Shown: positions 17,571 to 26,059 of the stretch, one piece after another | How positions within the stretch are numbered: position 1 is the first letter of the stretch | How the letters are laid out: the number at the start of each line of letters is the position of its first letter | NCBI GenBank assembly: GCA_029567195.1 | Contig: JAKQLJ010000052.1 | Span: 1,505-65,504 of the forward strand | Direction: 5' to 3' | DNA length: 64,000 bases | From: a bacterium | GTDB taxonomy: Bacteria; Patescibacteriota; Minisyncoccia; Moranbacterales; UBA2206 | The notes under the pieces: model-generated | Told to the model about the DNA's origin: nothing | The model's input: the letters and a program-made list of their open reading frames with translations, nothing else | The model's database searches: none | Made by a program: the position numbers and the translations under genes

Positions 17571-18851
17571 ATGAAAAATTATAAAAACAAGAAAAATAGA
17601 ATTGAATTATTGGCGCCGGCGGGCAGTATAGAAAAAATGAAATACGCCATCGAATATGGAGCGGACGCTGTTTTTCTTGGGGTGCCGGATTTTTCGTTGC
17701 GTGTGCGGATAAACAAATTTACCGAAAATGACATCAAAAAAGCGGCGGAATATGCCCATAAGCTGAACAAGAAAATATATGTCACTCTCAACATTTATGC
17801 TCATAATTCCCACCTGCCGCGAATTGAAAAACATCTGAAATTTCTCAGAAAACTCAAAGTTGACGGAGTGATTGTCAGTGATCCGGGAATTATAAATCTG
17901 GTTAAAAAACATTTGCCGAAAACAGATACCCATCTTTCCACTCAGGCTAATGCTACCAATTGGCAGGCGGTAAAATTTTGGAAAAATATCGGAGTAAAAA
18001 GGATAATTTTGGCCCGGGAAGTGACGCTTGAAGAAATAAAAGAAATCAGAAAAATGGTTCCGGGAGTGGAACTGGAATATTTTGTCCACGGAGCGATGTG
18101 CATGAGTTATTCCGGCCGCTGTATCCTTTCCAAATGGATGACTGATAGAAGCGCCAATCTGGGAGATTGCTCGCAACCGTGCCGATGGCAATATAAAACA
18201 ATGAACAATGAACAAGGAACAGTGAACAATAAAACTATAAGAATAAAAGATGATAAAGAAAGATACGGGATGGATGTGGAGGAAGATCGGCACGGAACCT
18301 ATTTTTTTAACAGTTACGATATGAATCTCATTGAACATGTTGACGGACTTATCAAAGCCGGCGTGACATCGCTCAAGATCGAAGGACGGGCGAAAAGCGC
18401 CTATTATCTGGCGGTGGTGACGAGGGGATACAGAAAAGTTGTTGATGCCATAGAACATAAATTGCCTGAAAAAGAAATTAAAAAAATCATCAGCGAACAA
18501 AAAACGGAATTTGATAATTTAGTTCATCGCGGATATTCAACAGGATTTCTTCTGGGCGAAGAGCCGCAGCATAATTTCAAAAACGCTGAAAACAAACCGC
18601 CTTATAAATTTGTGGGGGAGATTTTAGGATCAAAAAACGGTTTGAATGCGGTTAAAATTCATAACGAAATATACCTGAAGGACCGGTTGGAAGCTGTTGG
18701 TCCTCAAAAGAATGAAACTGTCGGCGTTATAAAAATATACGATTATAAAAAAAATGAAGTTTTAGAAGCTCACGGCGGAAGCGATAGGATTTATTATATG
18801 AAATTTAATAAAACGCTCGAAGAAAAAGATATTTTAAGGAAAATCGGTTAA
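17571..18851 (+). CDS. peptidase U32 family protein
   Basis: ELLAPAGS..YGADAVFLG, plus the family signature EYFVHGAMCMSYSGRC. Confidence 0.85.
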   Translation: MKNYKNKKNRIELLAPAGSIEKMKYAIEYGADAVFLGVPDFSLRVRINKFTENDIKKAAEYAHKLNKKIYVTLNIYAHNSHLPRIEKHLKFLRKLKVDGVIVSDPGIINLVKKHLPKTDTHLSTQANATNWQAVKFWKNIGVKRIILAREVTLEEIKEIRKMVPGVELEYFVHGAMCMSYSGRCILSKWMTDRSANLGDCSQPCRWQYKTMNNEQGTVNNKTIRIKDDKERYGMDVEEDRHGTYFFNSYDMNLIEHVDGLIKAGVTSLKIEGRAKSAYYLAVVTRGYRKVVDAIEHKLPEKEIKKIISEQKTEFDNLVHRGYSTGFLLGEEPQHNFKNAENKPPYKFVGEILGSKNGLNAVKIHNEIYLKDRLEAVGPQKNETVGVIKIYDYKKNEVLEAHGGSDRIYYMKFNKTLEEKDILRKIG

Positions 18852-18871
18852 AATTTATTCACAGCCATCGC

Positions 18872-18901
18872 TTGACAAATGGGGATATTTCATGCAAAAA
18901 T
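18872..18901 (+). promoter_or_regulatory. sigma-70-type promoter candidate
   Basis: TTGACA (18872-18877), an 18-nt spacer ending in TGc, then AAAAAT. Confidence 0.35.
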
Positions 18902-18904
18902 TGG

Positions 18905-19131
18905 GCAGGACACTTATAAAACCCATGTCAAAGGAGGATTCAATGCATCGCATGAATTATTTTGCTGAGCGCTGTTAAGGGCTGGACTAGAATTGTCTGG
19001 GGGTCATCCCGTTTCAAGCTGAATCTCTTTTTATTCTTCATTTTGTTGGGATGACGCTTCCCGCTGACCCATTCCCTATTCAAAGGAGTGGTCGATGAGG
19101 TCCAGATCTCCGCCTTAGCTCTCAGCACTTC
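18905..19131 (+). other. unassigned transcript unit: tiny SD-led ORF plus structured region
   Basis: AAGGAGG lies 5 nt before the ATG at 18943 (MHRMNYFAERC). There is a long-range pairing TGCTGAG..AAGG (18963-18980) with CCTTAGCTCTCAGCA (19112-19126). A GTCATCCC/GGGATGAC stem is internal. The unit ends at a strong terminator. Confidence 0.3.
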
Positions 19132-19175
19132 CCCTCTCCCGGAAATTAAATTTTCCAGGAGAGGGCCTTTTTTTA
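19132..19175 (+). terminator. rho-independent terminator
   Basis: CCCTCTCC (19132-19139) pairs with GGAGAGGG (19158-19165), then CCTTTTTTTAT. Confidence 0.7.
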
Positions 19176-19204
19176 TTGACTTATTTTTATAAATAATTTA
19201 TATT
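19176..19204 (+). promoter_or_regulatory. sigma-70-type promoter for the glyQS leader
   Basis: TTGACT, a 17-nt spacer, then TATATT. Confidence 0.5.
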
Positions 19205-19430
19205 TAATAAGTGGAAATATCCGGGGATTGGCTCCCGGAATAGGAAAAATTTAATATAAAGATGATCAAAGTTTATCCCTCATCCGTCCCGATTTCATCG
19301 GGACACCTTCTCCCAAAGGGAGAAGGGGACAAGGAAGGGACTTTGGTAAATCAGGTGGAACCGCGGACTTCCCTGAAGCTCGTCCTGAATATGTAATTGG
19401 TATATTATATATTTAGGACGAGCTTTTTTA
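19205..19430 (+). promoter_or_regulatory. T-box riboswitch leader (glycine)
   Basis: T-box sequence AAUCAGGUGGAACCGCGG (19349-19366). The UGGA bulge fits a U73 discriminator, as in tRNA-Gly. Terminator AAGCTCGTCCT (19376-19386) pairs with AGGACGAGCTT (19415-19425), followed by TTTT. The 3' half of the antiterminator (UCGUCCUG) lies inside the terminator 5' arm. GAUGA and GAAGGGAC flank the long stem. Confidence 0.7.
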
Positions 19431-19596
19431 ATTTAAGTGGAATATCCCGCATCAATTCCAATTAAGATGGTGCTTTTGTATAGTTTTATTTGCGAATTCG
19501 CCTGCGGCTAAGACTGGTATATATTAATAAATTTTAACTTGCGAATTGTTGCGGGATGCTCATTTTTGTTCCTGCTCGCTTCGCTCACAGACAAAA

Positions 19597-20982
19597 ATGG
19601 CAAAGGAATTAACAATGGACAAAATCGTATCTCTATGCAAGAGAAGGGGATTTATTTTTCCAGCTTGCGAGATATATGGCGGATTTGCCAATGCTTATAG
19701 CTATGGACCATATGGAGTCGAGCTGAAAAATAATATTAAAAAACTTTGGTGGAAAAAATTTGTCCAGGACCGTCCGGATATCGTCGGGATCGACGGACCG
19801 ATTCTGCTCCATCCAAAACTTTGGGAAGCGTCAGGACATGTCGGCGGGTTTAACGACGCTATGGTGGACTGCAAAAAATGTAAAAAAAGATTTCGGGCGG
19901 ATCATATTGTCGAAGACGCCACAGGGAAAGATATGGAAGGCGATTTGGCAGGAATGTCCAAAGTGCTGGCGGAAGGAAAGATCAAATGTCCGAATTGTGG
20001 AGCGTCTGATTGGACCGAAGCCCGAACTTTCAATATGATGTTCAAGACTGAGATGAACGGGATCACTGACGAAGAAGGAAAGAGCATCCCTGTCTATCTG
20101 AGGCCAGAGACTGCCGGTGCGATATTCGTTGATTTTAAAAATGTTCTGGATTCTATGCGGGTAAAAGTGCCCTTTGGAATTGCCCAGATCGGAAAAGCTT
20201 TCCGTAATGAGATCGTAGCGGGAAACTTTATCTTCAGGCTCCGCGAATTTGAACAAATGGAGATCGAATATTTTATCAGTCCGGAAGCCAAATGGGAGCC
20301 GTTATTTGAACAGTGGCTGAAATGGCAAGAAGAATTTGCACTTGAAATCGGGGCTAGAAAAGAAAATATCAGCCGCTATGAACATCCAAAGGAAAAACTT
20401 TCTCACTATTCCAAAAAGACTATCGATACTATGTATAATTTTCCTTTCGGAATAAAAGAGTTATATGGTATCGCGCATCGCAGTGATTTCGATCTGACAC
20501 AACATGCTAAATTTTCTGGACAAAAATTAGAATATCTCGATCCGGAAACGGGCAAAAGATATGTGCCGCATGTCCTGGAGCCGACCTTTGGAGTGGATCG
20601 TTCGGTGCTGGTGGCACTTCTTGCTGCTTATGATGAAGAAGCAACGGGAGAAGAAACAAGGACGGTGATGAAATTTCCTAAAAGTATCGCTCCTATCAAA
20701 GCGGCAGTGTTCCCGCTGTTAAAGAACAAGCCGGAATTAGTGGAAAAAGCCAAAGAGATATTTGATACGCTTAAGACTTCATTTGTCTGTGAATTTGATG
20801 ACAACGGCAATATCGGCAAGCGTTATAGAAGGCAGGATGAGATCGGAACTCCATATTGCGTGACGGTGGATTTTGAAACATTGGAAGACAAAGCGGTCAC
20901 AGTCCGTGATCGGGACACGATGAAGCAGGAAAGGGTAAAAATAGAAGAGTTGGAAAAATATCTCTCAGAAAAGTTGAAATAG
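19597..20982 (+). CDS. glyQS: glycine--tRNA ligase (alpha2 type)
   Basis: CKRRGFIFPACEIYGG, FRNEI..FRLREFEQMEIEYF (class II motif 2), and EPTFGVDR. Start moved to the ATG at 19597; the upstream extension is leader or repeat sequence. Confidence 0.9.
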   Translation: MAKELTMDKIVSLCKRRGFIFPACEIYGGFANAYSYGPYGVELKNNIKKLWWKKFVQDRPDIVGIDGPILLHPKLWEASGHVGGFNDAMVDCKKCKKRFRADHIVEDATGKDMEGDLAGMSKVLAEGKIKCPNCGASDWTEARTFNMMFKTEMNGITDEEGKSIPVYLRPETAGAIFVDFKNVLDSMRVKVPFGIAQIGKAFRNEIVAGNFIFRLREFEQMEIEYFISPEAKWEPLFEQWLKWQEEFALEIGARKENISRYEHPKEKLSHYSKKTIDTMYNFPFGIKELYGIAHRSDFDLTQHAKFSGQKLEYLDPETGKRYVPHVLEPTFGVDRSVLVALLAAYDEEATGEETRTVMKFPKSIAPIKAAVFPLLKNKPELVEKAKEIFDTLKTSFVCEFDDNGNIGKRYRRQDEIGTPYCVTVDFETLEDKAVTVRDRDTMKQERVKIEELEKYLSEKLK

Positions 20983-21000
20983 CAAAAATAAAAAACAAAG

Positions 21001-21027
21001 AAAACCCCGACCGAAACGGGGTTTTTC
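21001..21027 (+). terminator. rho-independent terminator
   Basis: AAAACCCCG / CGGGGTTTT stem followed by a T-run. Confidence 0.75.
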
Positions 21028-21086
21028 TTGCCAATAAGTATAAAATATTATAAACTGAGGTATAGCATTTTTAAGATAAGAAAACT

Positions 21087-22037
21087 ATGAATATCAAAGA
21101 AATATACAAACTGGCCATTGAAAAGGGAATTGAGAATGATTTTCGCTCAAAAAAGGAAATCAATGAATATTTAAGGTTAAAAAAGGAAGAATATGACGAT
21201 TTGCCAAGGGACGAAAAAGGATATTTTGACAAAGAAAAGCTAACCAACCCATATTCTGATTCCAGAATTCATTTTGATTCTGAAAAAAAAGATATCAAAA
21301 GAATTTTTGCCGGCATTGATGTAACACCTGGATCGATTTATATCGCTGAAGAACTTCACGGGGATCTTATCATTAATCATCATCCGGTGGGGCTGGCCCT
21401 TTCCGGCCTTGATGATGTTATGAATTATCAGATAGATCAAATGGAGCAAATCGGTATTCCGGTCAACATTGCCGAAAAACTGATTCATAAAAGGATTTCC
21501 GAAGTGGCCAGAGGTGTAAACCCTGCCAATCATTACGAAACAGTTGATGCGGCCAAGCTGATGAAAATAAGCCTGATGAATGTTCATACTCCTGCTGATA
21601 ATCTGTCGGCCCAGTTTGTGATGAAAAAAATTGAAAAAGCCAAACCCAGATATATAAAGGATATTATGAAAACTCTTATGGAGATACCGGAATATCAGGA
21701 AGCTAGTCGTCAGGGATCGGGGCCGATGCTTTTTTCCGGATCAAAAAACAATCGTTGCGGCAAAGTTGCGGTGTCTGAATTCACGGGCGGAACTGACGGA
21801 TCAAAAGAAATATATCAGGCGATGGCTAATGCCGGTGTAGGAACAATTATTTCCATGCATCAGGGCGAGGAATACAGAAAAGCGGCCGAGGCGGCCCATA
21901 TCAACGTTATTGTCGCCGGTCATATTTCATCTGATTCTTTGGGGATGAATTTGTTTTTGGATGAACTGGAAAAACGAGGGATGAAAATTATTCCGTTCGG
22001 GGGGTTGATTAGAATTAGTAGGGCAAAAAATAAATAG
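21087..22037 (+). CDS. Nif3-like dinuclear metal centre family protein
   Basis: FAGIDVTPGSIYIAEELHGDLIINHHP and NVIVAGHISSDSLG match the Nif3/YbgI pattern. Confidence 0.55.
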   Translation: MNIKEIYKLAIEKGIENDFRSKKEINEYLRLKKEEYDDLPRDEKGYFDKEKLTNPYSDSRIHFDSEKKDIKRIFAGIDVTPGSIYIAEELHGDLIINHHPVGLALSGLDDVMNYQIDQMEQIGIPVNIAEKLIHKRISEVARGVNPANHYETVDAAKLMKISLMNVHTPADNLSAQFVMKKIEKAKPRYIKDIMKTLMEIPEYQEASRQGSGPMLFSGSKNNRCGKVAVSEFTGGTDGSKEIYQAMANAGVGTIISMHQGEEYRKAAEAAHINVIVAGHISSDSLGMNLFLDELEKRGMKIIPFGGLIRISRAKNK

Positions 22038-22139
22038 TAATTTGTAATTGGTAATTTGTAATTAGGACATTTATTTTTTAGTTTCCAAATTACAGCGAGC
22101 CTGGCGAGCAAAATTACGTATTACTGATTAACCTTAATT
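22038..22139. repeat. AT-rich inverted-repeat element (GTAATTTG type)
   Basis: GTAATTTGTAATTGGTAATTTGTAATTAGG faces CCAAATTACAG...CAAAATTAC. It resembles the elements at 33939 and 44121. Confidence 0.4.
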
Positions 22140-23408
22140 ATGCAACACAAAAAAACTACTCTCAAAAACGGCTTAAGAATTATTACCGTGCCTATGGCCG
22201 GAACGGAAACAGTAACGGTAACGGTTATGATTGGCGTCGGTTCAAGATACGAAACGGAAAAGGAAGCGGGGCTTTCCCACTTCATCGAGCATATGTTTTT
22301 CAAAGGCACTAAAAAACGTCCGACTACTTTGGACATTTCTTCCGAACTGGATTCTATTGGCGGAGAATTCAACGCCTTTACTGCCAAAGACAAAACAATG
22401 TATTATGCCAAAGTTGATGCCAAACATCTGGACAAAGCTTTGGATGTGGTGGCGGACATGTATCTCAATTCCAAAATTGACGAAAAAGAAATCAATCGGG
22501 AAAAGGGAACAATTCTTCAAGAATTAAATATGTATGAAGATATGCCTATCCGAAATGTGGGAGATGTTTTTGAAAGTTTATTGTATAATGGCAATCCTTT
22601 GGGGCGGGAAATTATCGGGCGAAAAAAAACTATTAAAAGTTTCAAAAGAGAGAATTTTCTGAATTATATGAACCGGTTTTATATGGCCAATGACACGGTA
22701 GTTTGTGTGGCAGGGAAAATTAATGAAAAAAAAGCAGTCGCCAAAATCAAGGGATATTTTGAAAATATGGGGCGGGGAGAAAAACCGCATATAATAAAAG
22801 TAAAGGAGAAGCAGAAAACTCCCCAAATTAAAATAAAAAACAAAAAAACCGATCAAACCCATTTTGTTTTTGGCGTTCGGGCTTATCATCAAGAACATAA
22901 GGATCGTTTTGCTTTAGGCCTGCTCTCGGTAATTTTGGGCGGTAACATGTCCAGTCGTCTTTTTATCGAAGTGCGGGAAAGAAGAGGCTTGGCTTATTAT
23001 GTCCGATCAGCTGAAGAAACTTTCAAAGATTGCGGATATTTTTCCGTTCAGGCCGGAGTGGAGCATAAAAATTTGGAATTGGCTATTTTGACTATCTTGA
23101 AAGAACTGAAAAAAATTACGCGCGATAAAATAAGCGAAAAAGAACTGCAAAAAGCCAAGGACTTCGTTAAGGGAAAATCAGTGATGGGCTTGGAATCTTC
23201 CGATGAAGTAGCTATGTTTTATGTCAATCAGGAAGTGTCCAAAGGAAAGATTATGGTTCCCGAAGAAGTGTTCAAGCGTTTTGATAAGGTGACCGTTTCC
23301 GATATAATGAGAGTAGCCAAGGATATTTTCAAAAAAGAGAAAATGAATTTGGCGGTCATTGGGCCGCACAAAAACGCGGCCAAATTAAAAAAATTATTAA
23401 GTATGTAA
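22140..23408 (+). CDS. M16 (pitrilysin) family zinc peptidase
   Basis: Inverted zinc motif HFIEHMFFKG. 422 aa in two-domain layout. Confidence 0.85.
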   Translation: MQHKKTTLKNGLRIITVPMAGTETVTVTVMIGVGSRYETEKEAGLSHFIEHMFFKGTKKRPTTLDISSELDSIGGEFNAFTAKDKTMYYAKVDAKHLDKALDVVADMYLNSKIDEKEINREKGTILQELNMYEDMPIRNVGDVFESLLYNGNPLGREIIGRKKTIKSFKRENFLNYMNRFYMANDTVVCVAGKINEKKAVAKIKGYFENMGRGEKPHIIKVKEKQKTPQIKIKNKKTDQTHFVFGVRAYHQEHKDRFALGLLSVILGGNMSSRLFIEVRERRGLAYYVRSAEETFKDCGYFSVQAGVEHKNLELAILTILKELKKITRDKISEKELQKAKDFVKGKSVMGLESSDEVAMFYVNQEVSKGKIMVPEEVFKRFDKVTVSDIMRVAKDIFKKEKMNLAVIGPHKNAAKLKKLLSM

Positions 23409-23417
23409 AACAAAAAT

Positions 23418-24434
23418 ATGGAACAGAGAAAAATCTATATTTCTACCGGAATAATTTTTAGAACTATTCTGATTCTTCTGGCCGTTTGGTTTTTGTATCT
23501 GATTCTTGACGTTGTTTCATTGATTGTTATTTCCGTGATCATTTCTTCGGCCATTGATCCGCTAGTTGATTTGATGAAAAAGAAAAAAATTCCTCGTTCC
23601 ATCGGAGTTCTTGTTATATACATCGTCCTCTTTGCTTTTATCGGAGTGGCTATTTATTTTATTATTCCTCCAATAGCTGAACAATCCAGAGAGCTTGCTC
23701 AGGAATTTCCCGTTTATTATCAAAGAACATTGGATTTTCTCGGACCCATTAAAACATCGCTGGAATCCAGCCATATAGAAACAGGGAGAATTTTTGGCAA
23801 TCTGACCGATTCCTTGGCTGGTATTTCCGGAAACATTTTTTCAACTACTATCGGCTTCTTTTCAGGGATAATTTCGGTGATTGTAGTATTGTCTCTGACT
23901 TTTTATATGGCGGCTGAAGAAGATGCACTTAAAAAATTTGTTATATCTGTTACTCCCAAAAAACATCACACTTATGCCGTGGATTTAGCTGAAAGGATAA
24001 AAAGTAAAATTGGTAAATGGCTTATTGGCCAACTTTTCCTGATGATTATCGTCGGGACCTTAAGCGGATTCGGGCTTTACCTCATTGGCGTTCCACACGC
24101 TTTGATTTTGGGAATTTTTGCCGGTATTATGGAAATCGTTCCTTATATCGGGCCGTTGGTCTCGGCTGTTCCCGGCGTTATTTTGGGTTTTATTGTTTCA
24201 CCAACAGTTGGTTTTTTGGCCATACTGATTTATATCATTGTTCAGCAGATTGAAAATCATGTGGTAGTGCCGCAAGTAATGAAAAAAGCGGTGGGACTAA
24301 GCCCCATTACAGTCATAATTGTTCTAATGATTGGAGCAAAGTTGGGCGGAGCTTTGGGAGCTATTCTTTCCATTCCGGTGGCGACAGCGGCGGGACTTTT
24401 CATTGCTGATATCATGGGAAATAACGACAAATAA
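23418..24434 (+). CDS. AI-2E family transporter (PerM/UPF0118)
   Basis: Polytopic membrane protein of 338 aa. IMEIVPYIGP and QQIENHVVVPQVM are typical of the family. Confidence 0.8.
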   Translation: MEQRKIYISTGIIFRTILILLAVWFLYLILDVVSLIVISVIISSAIDPLVDLMKKKKIPRSIGVLVIYIVLFAFIGVAIYFIIPPIAEQSRELAQEFPVYYQRTLDFLGPIKTSLESSHIETGRIFGNLTDSLAGISGNIFSTTIGFFSGIISVIVVLSLTFYMAAEEDALKKFVISVTPKKHHTYAVDLAERIKSKIGKWLIGQLFLMIIVGTLSGFGLYLIGVPHALILGIFAGIMEIVPYIGPLVSAVPGVILGFIVSPTVGFLAILIYIIVQQIENHVVVPQVMKKAVGLSPITVIIVLMIGAKLGGALGAILSIPVATAAGLFIADIMGNNDK

Positions 24435-24471
24435 AAATTGCCATTATATTTCATTTTTTTAAAACAAAAAC

Positions 24472-24489
24472 CACCGGCTTTAGCCGGTG
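24472..24489 (+). terminator. hairpin, weak terminator candidate
   Basis: CACCGGC TTTA GCCGGTG, but the T-tail is poor. Confidence 0.35.
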
Positions 24490-24547
24490 TGTGCGTTTAA
24501 AGCGTAGCGCGTAAAACTTTTCAATAATTCACAAATTTAAAAAATAT

Positions 24548-24658
24548 GTCATTCCGGGCTTGACCCGGAATCCACTCTATTGAGTTACAATAGTTCAATA
24601 TTCATATATTAAGCTTTTAATTATCGCTTGAGTAGATTCCTGCTTTCGCAGGAATGAC
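24548..24658. repeat. GTCAT...ATGAC nested-palindrome repeat (copy C)
   Basis: GTCATTCCGGGCTTGACCCGGAATCC ... GATTCCTGCTTTCGCAGGAATGAC. Confidence 0.7.
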
Positions 24659-24746
24659 AATAAAATTCAAGGAAATCAAACACGTCGGCGATTAGCCTGC
24701 AGAATAGAAACCACTAGCGTTTGCTAATAATTTTTATTTAAAAGAT

Positions 24747-25220
24747 TTAAATAAAAAGAAAGACAATGGCAATAAGGGAAATGACGATATCATTGGTAGC
24801 ATTTTTAAAATTCCATTGGCGTTCGGGGGAATACTTGGGATATTTTCCGTAACGGTGAGACCAGGAATGTAATTTTTTTATTTCAGCCAATAATTTATTT
24901 TCTCTGAATTTCCAATGTAACAGTGTTATAAAATCAGGGAAAAGTGAAAAAAATATTCCGATCAGCATATTTCTCATTTCAATGAAGCTTGATTTTTCAA
25001 GGTAGAAAAAAGAAAAAATTATAGAAAAACCGATAGCTAGATCAATGGCCACTTTCCACCAAGTATCCTTAATTTTGGCTACCCGACTGTCAAAATATTC
25101 AGCGTGTTTGATGCTGTCCATCAGATAGTGAATGGCTAAAGAAACAGGAATAATTATCCAGGGATTGCTGATATTTTTTCCGATAACCGCTCCGGTGAGA
25201 GCGTGGGTGGTGAGGATCAT
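24747..25220 (-). CDS. integral membrane protein (possibly YdjM-like metal-dependent hydrolase)
   Basis: 157 aa with four hydrophobic helices. Starts MILTTHALTGAVIG, contains HYLMDSIKH. The family call is weak. Confidence 0.45.
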   Translation of the reverse strand: MILTTHALTGAVIGKNISNPWIIIPVSLAIHYLMDSIKHAEYFDSRVAKIKDTWWKVAIDLAIGFSIIFSFFYLEKSSFIEMRNMLIGIFFSLFPDFITLLHWKFRENKLLAEIKKLHSWSHRYGKYPKYSPERQWNFKNATNDIVISLIAIVFLFI

Positions 25221-25333
25221 ATACTAGTATCATGTATAAAGTATTATGTATTTTTATAGATATAATTGGATGTTGACGAGTTTAAGGCAATGTCATACTT
25301 TATACATAATACATTATACGTTATACTAAAGAT

Positions 25334-26023
25334 ATGCATACAGGCATATTATACATCGTCGCTACTCCTATTGGCAATCTGGAAGACATCACTTTTCGCG
25401 CTGTTCGCACTATGAAAGAAGTGGATTTGATCGTCTGCGAGGACACCCGGGTGACCAAAAAAATTCTCGATCACTATGTTATTGCTCAAGAAACCCGGTC
25501 TTTTTATAACATCTCCGGAAAAGGCAACCGAAAGCCGGAACCAAGATTGGATTATGTGATTTCGGAACTCAAAAATGGAAAAAGCGTGGCTTTCGTGACG
25601 GACGCCGGCACGCCGGGAATTTCTGATCCAGGAAATAGATTGGTTGAAAAAGCCATTGAAAACGGAATCACGGTCATTCCTATTCCAGGCGCTTCAGCGC
25701 TCACAACTTTGGCATCTGTTTCCGGAATTGATTTATCAGGCTTTGTTTTTTTGGGTTTTCCACCACATAAAAAAGGGCGGGAAACATTTTTTAAGCGTGT
25801 TATGGCATTTGAATGTCCGGTTATATATTATGAATCCCCGCATAGATTGGTTAAAAATTTAGAGTTATTAAAGAGCTTATCTCCTGAAAAAAATATCATT
25901 CTCGGCCGGGAACTCACCAAGATGTTTGAAGAAATCATCCGCGGAAAAGCGGAAGAAGTGCTGAGATATTTTGAGGAGAATAAGGATAAAGTAAAAGGGG
26001 AGATCGCAATTATAATACACTAA
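25334..26023 (+). CDS. rsmI: 16S rRNA (cytidine1402-2'-O)-methyltransferase
   Basis: GILYIVATPIGNLEDITFRAV..LIVCEDTR and TDAGTPGISDPG. Confidence 0.9.
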   Translation: MHTGILYIVATPIGNLEDITFRAVRTMKEVDLIVCEDTRVTKKILDHYVIAQETRSFYNISGKGNRKPEPRLDYVISELKNGKSVAFVTDAGTPGISDPGNRLVEKAIENGITVIPIPGASALTTLASVSGIDLSGFVFLGFPPHKKGRETFFKRVMAFECPVIYYESPHRLVKNLELLKSLSPEKNIILGRELTKMFEEIIRGKAEEVLRYFEENKDKVKGEIAIIIH

Positions 26024-26059
26024 AGGAACGAATACTTACGAAGAAAACTAAAATAAAAA

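Noticed and set aside
17607-18500. A 297-aa minus-strand ORF
   Set aside because: It lies entirely antisense to the peptidase U32 gene, whose family signature is unambiguous. It has no motifs and an odd composition.
18940-19128. A basic 62-aa minus-strand ORF in the U32-glyQS gap
   Set aside because: Its GTG start has no usable SD spacing. It overlaps the plus-strand hairpins and the terminator. A plus-strand promoter-to-terminator unit explains the region better. It remains unproven either way.
18905-19175. The structured region considered as tmRNA, RNase P RNA, SRP RNA or 6S RNA
   Set aside because: I could not find the diagnostic motifs. There is no GAGGAAAGUCC (RNase P). There is no tRNA-like 3' end, T-arm or Ala-rich tag ORF (tmRNA). 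There is no GGAA-tetraloop domain IV (SRP). Only an Rfam scan could settle this, so it is reported as unassigned.
19546-19596. N-terminal extensions in the ORF track (glyQS from 19546, atpH from 31101, topA from 60811, parB from 56039, tgt from 12142)
   Set aside because: The extensions start at non-ATG codons or run through repeat or leader sequence, and they precede the point where homology to the family begins. Internal ATG starts were preferred.
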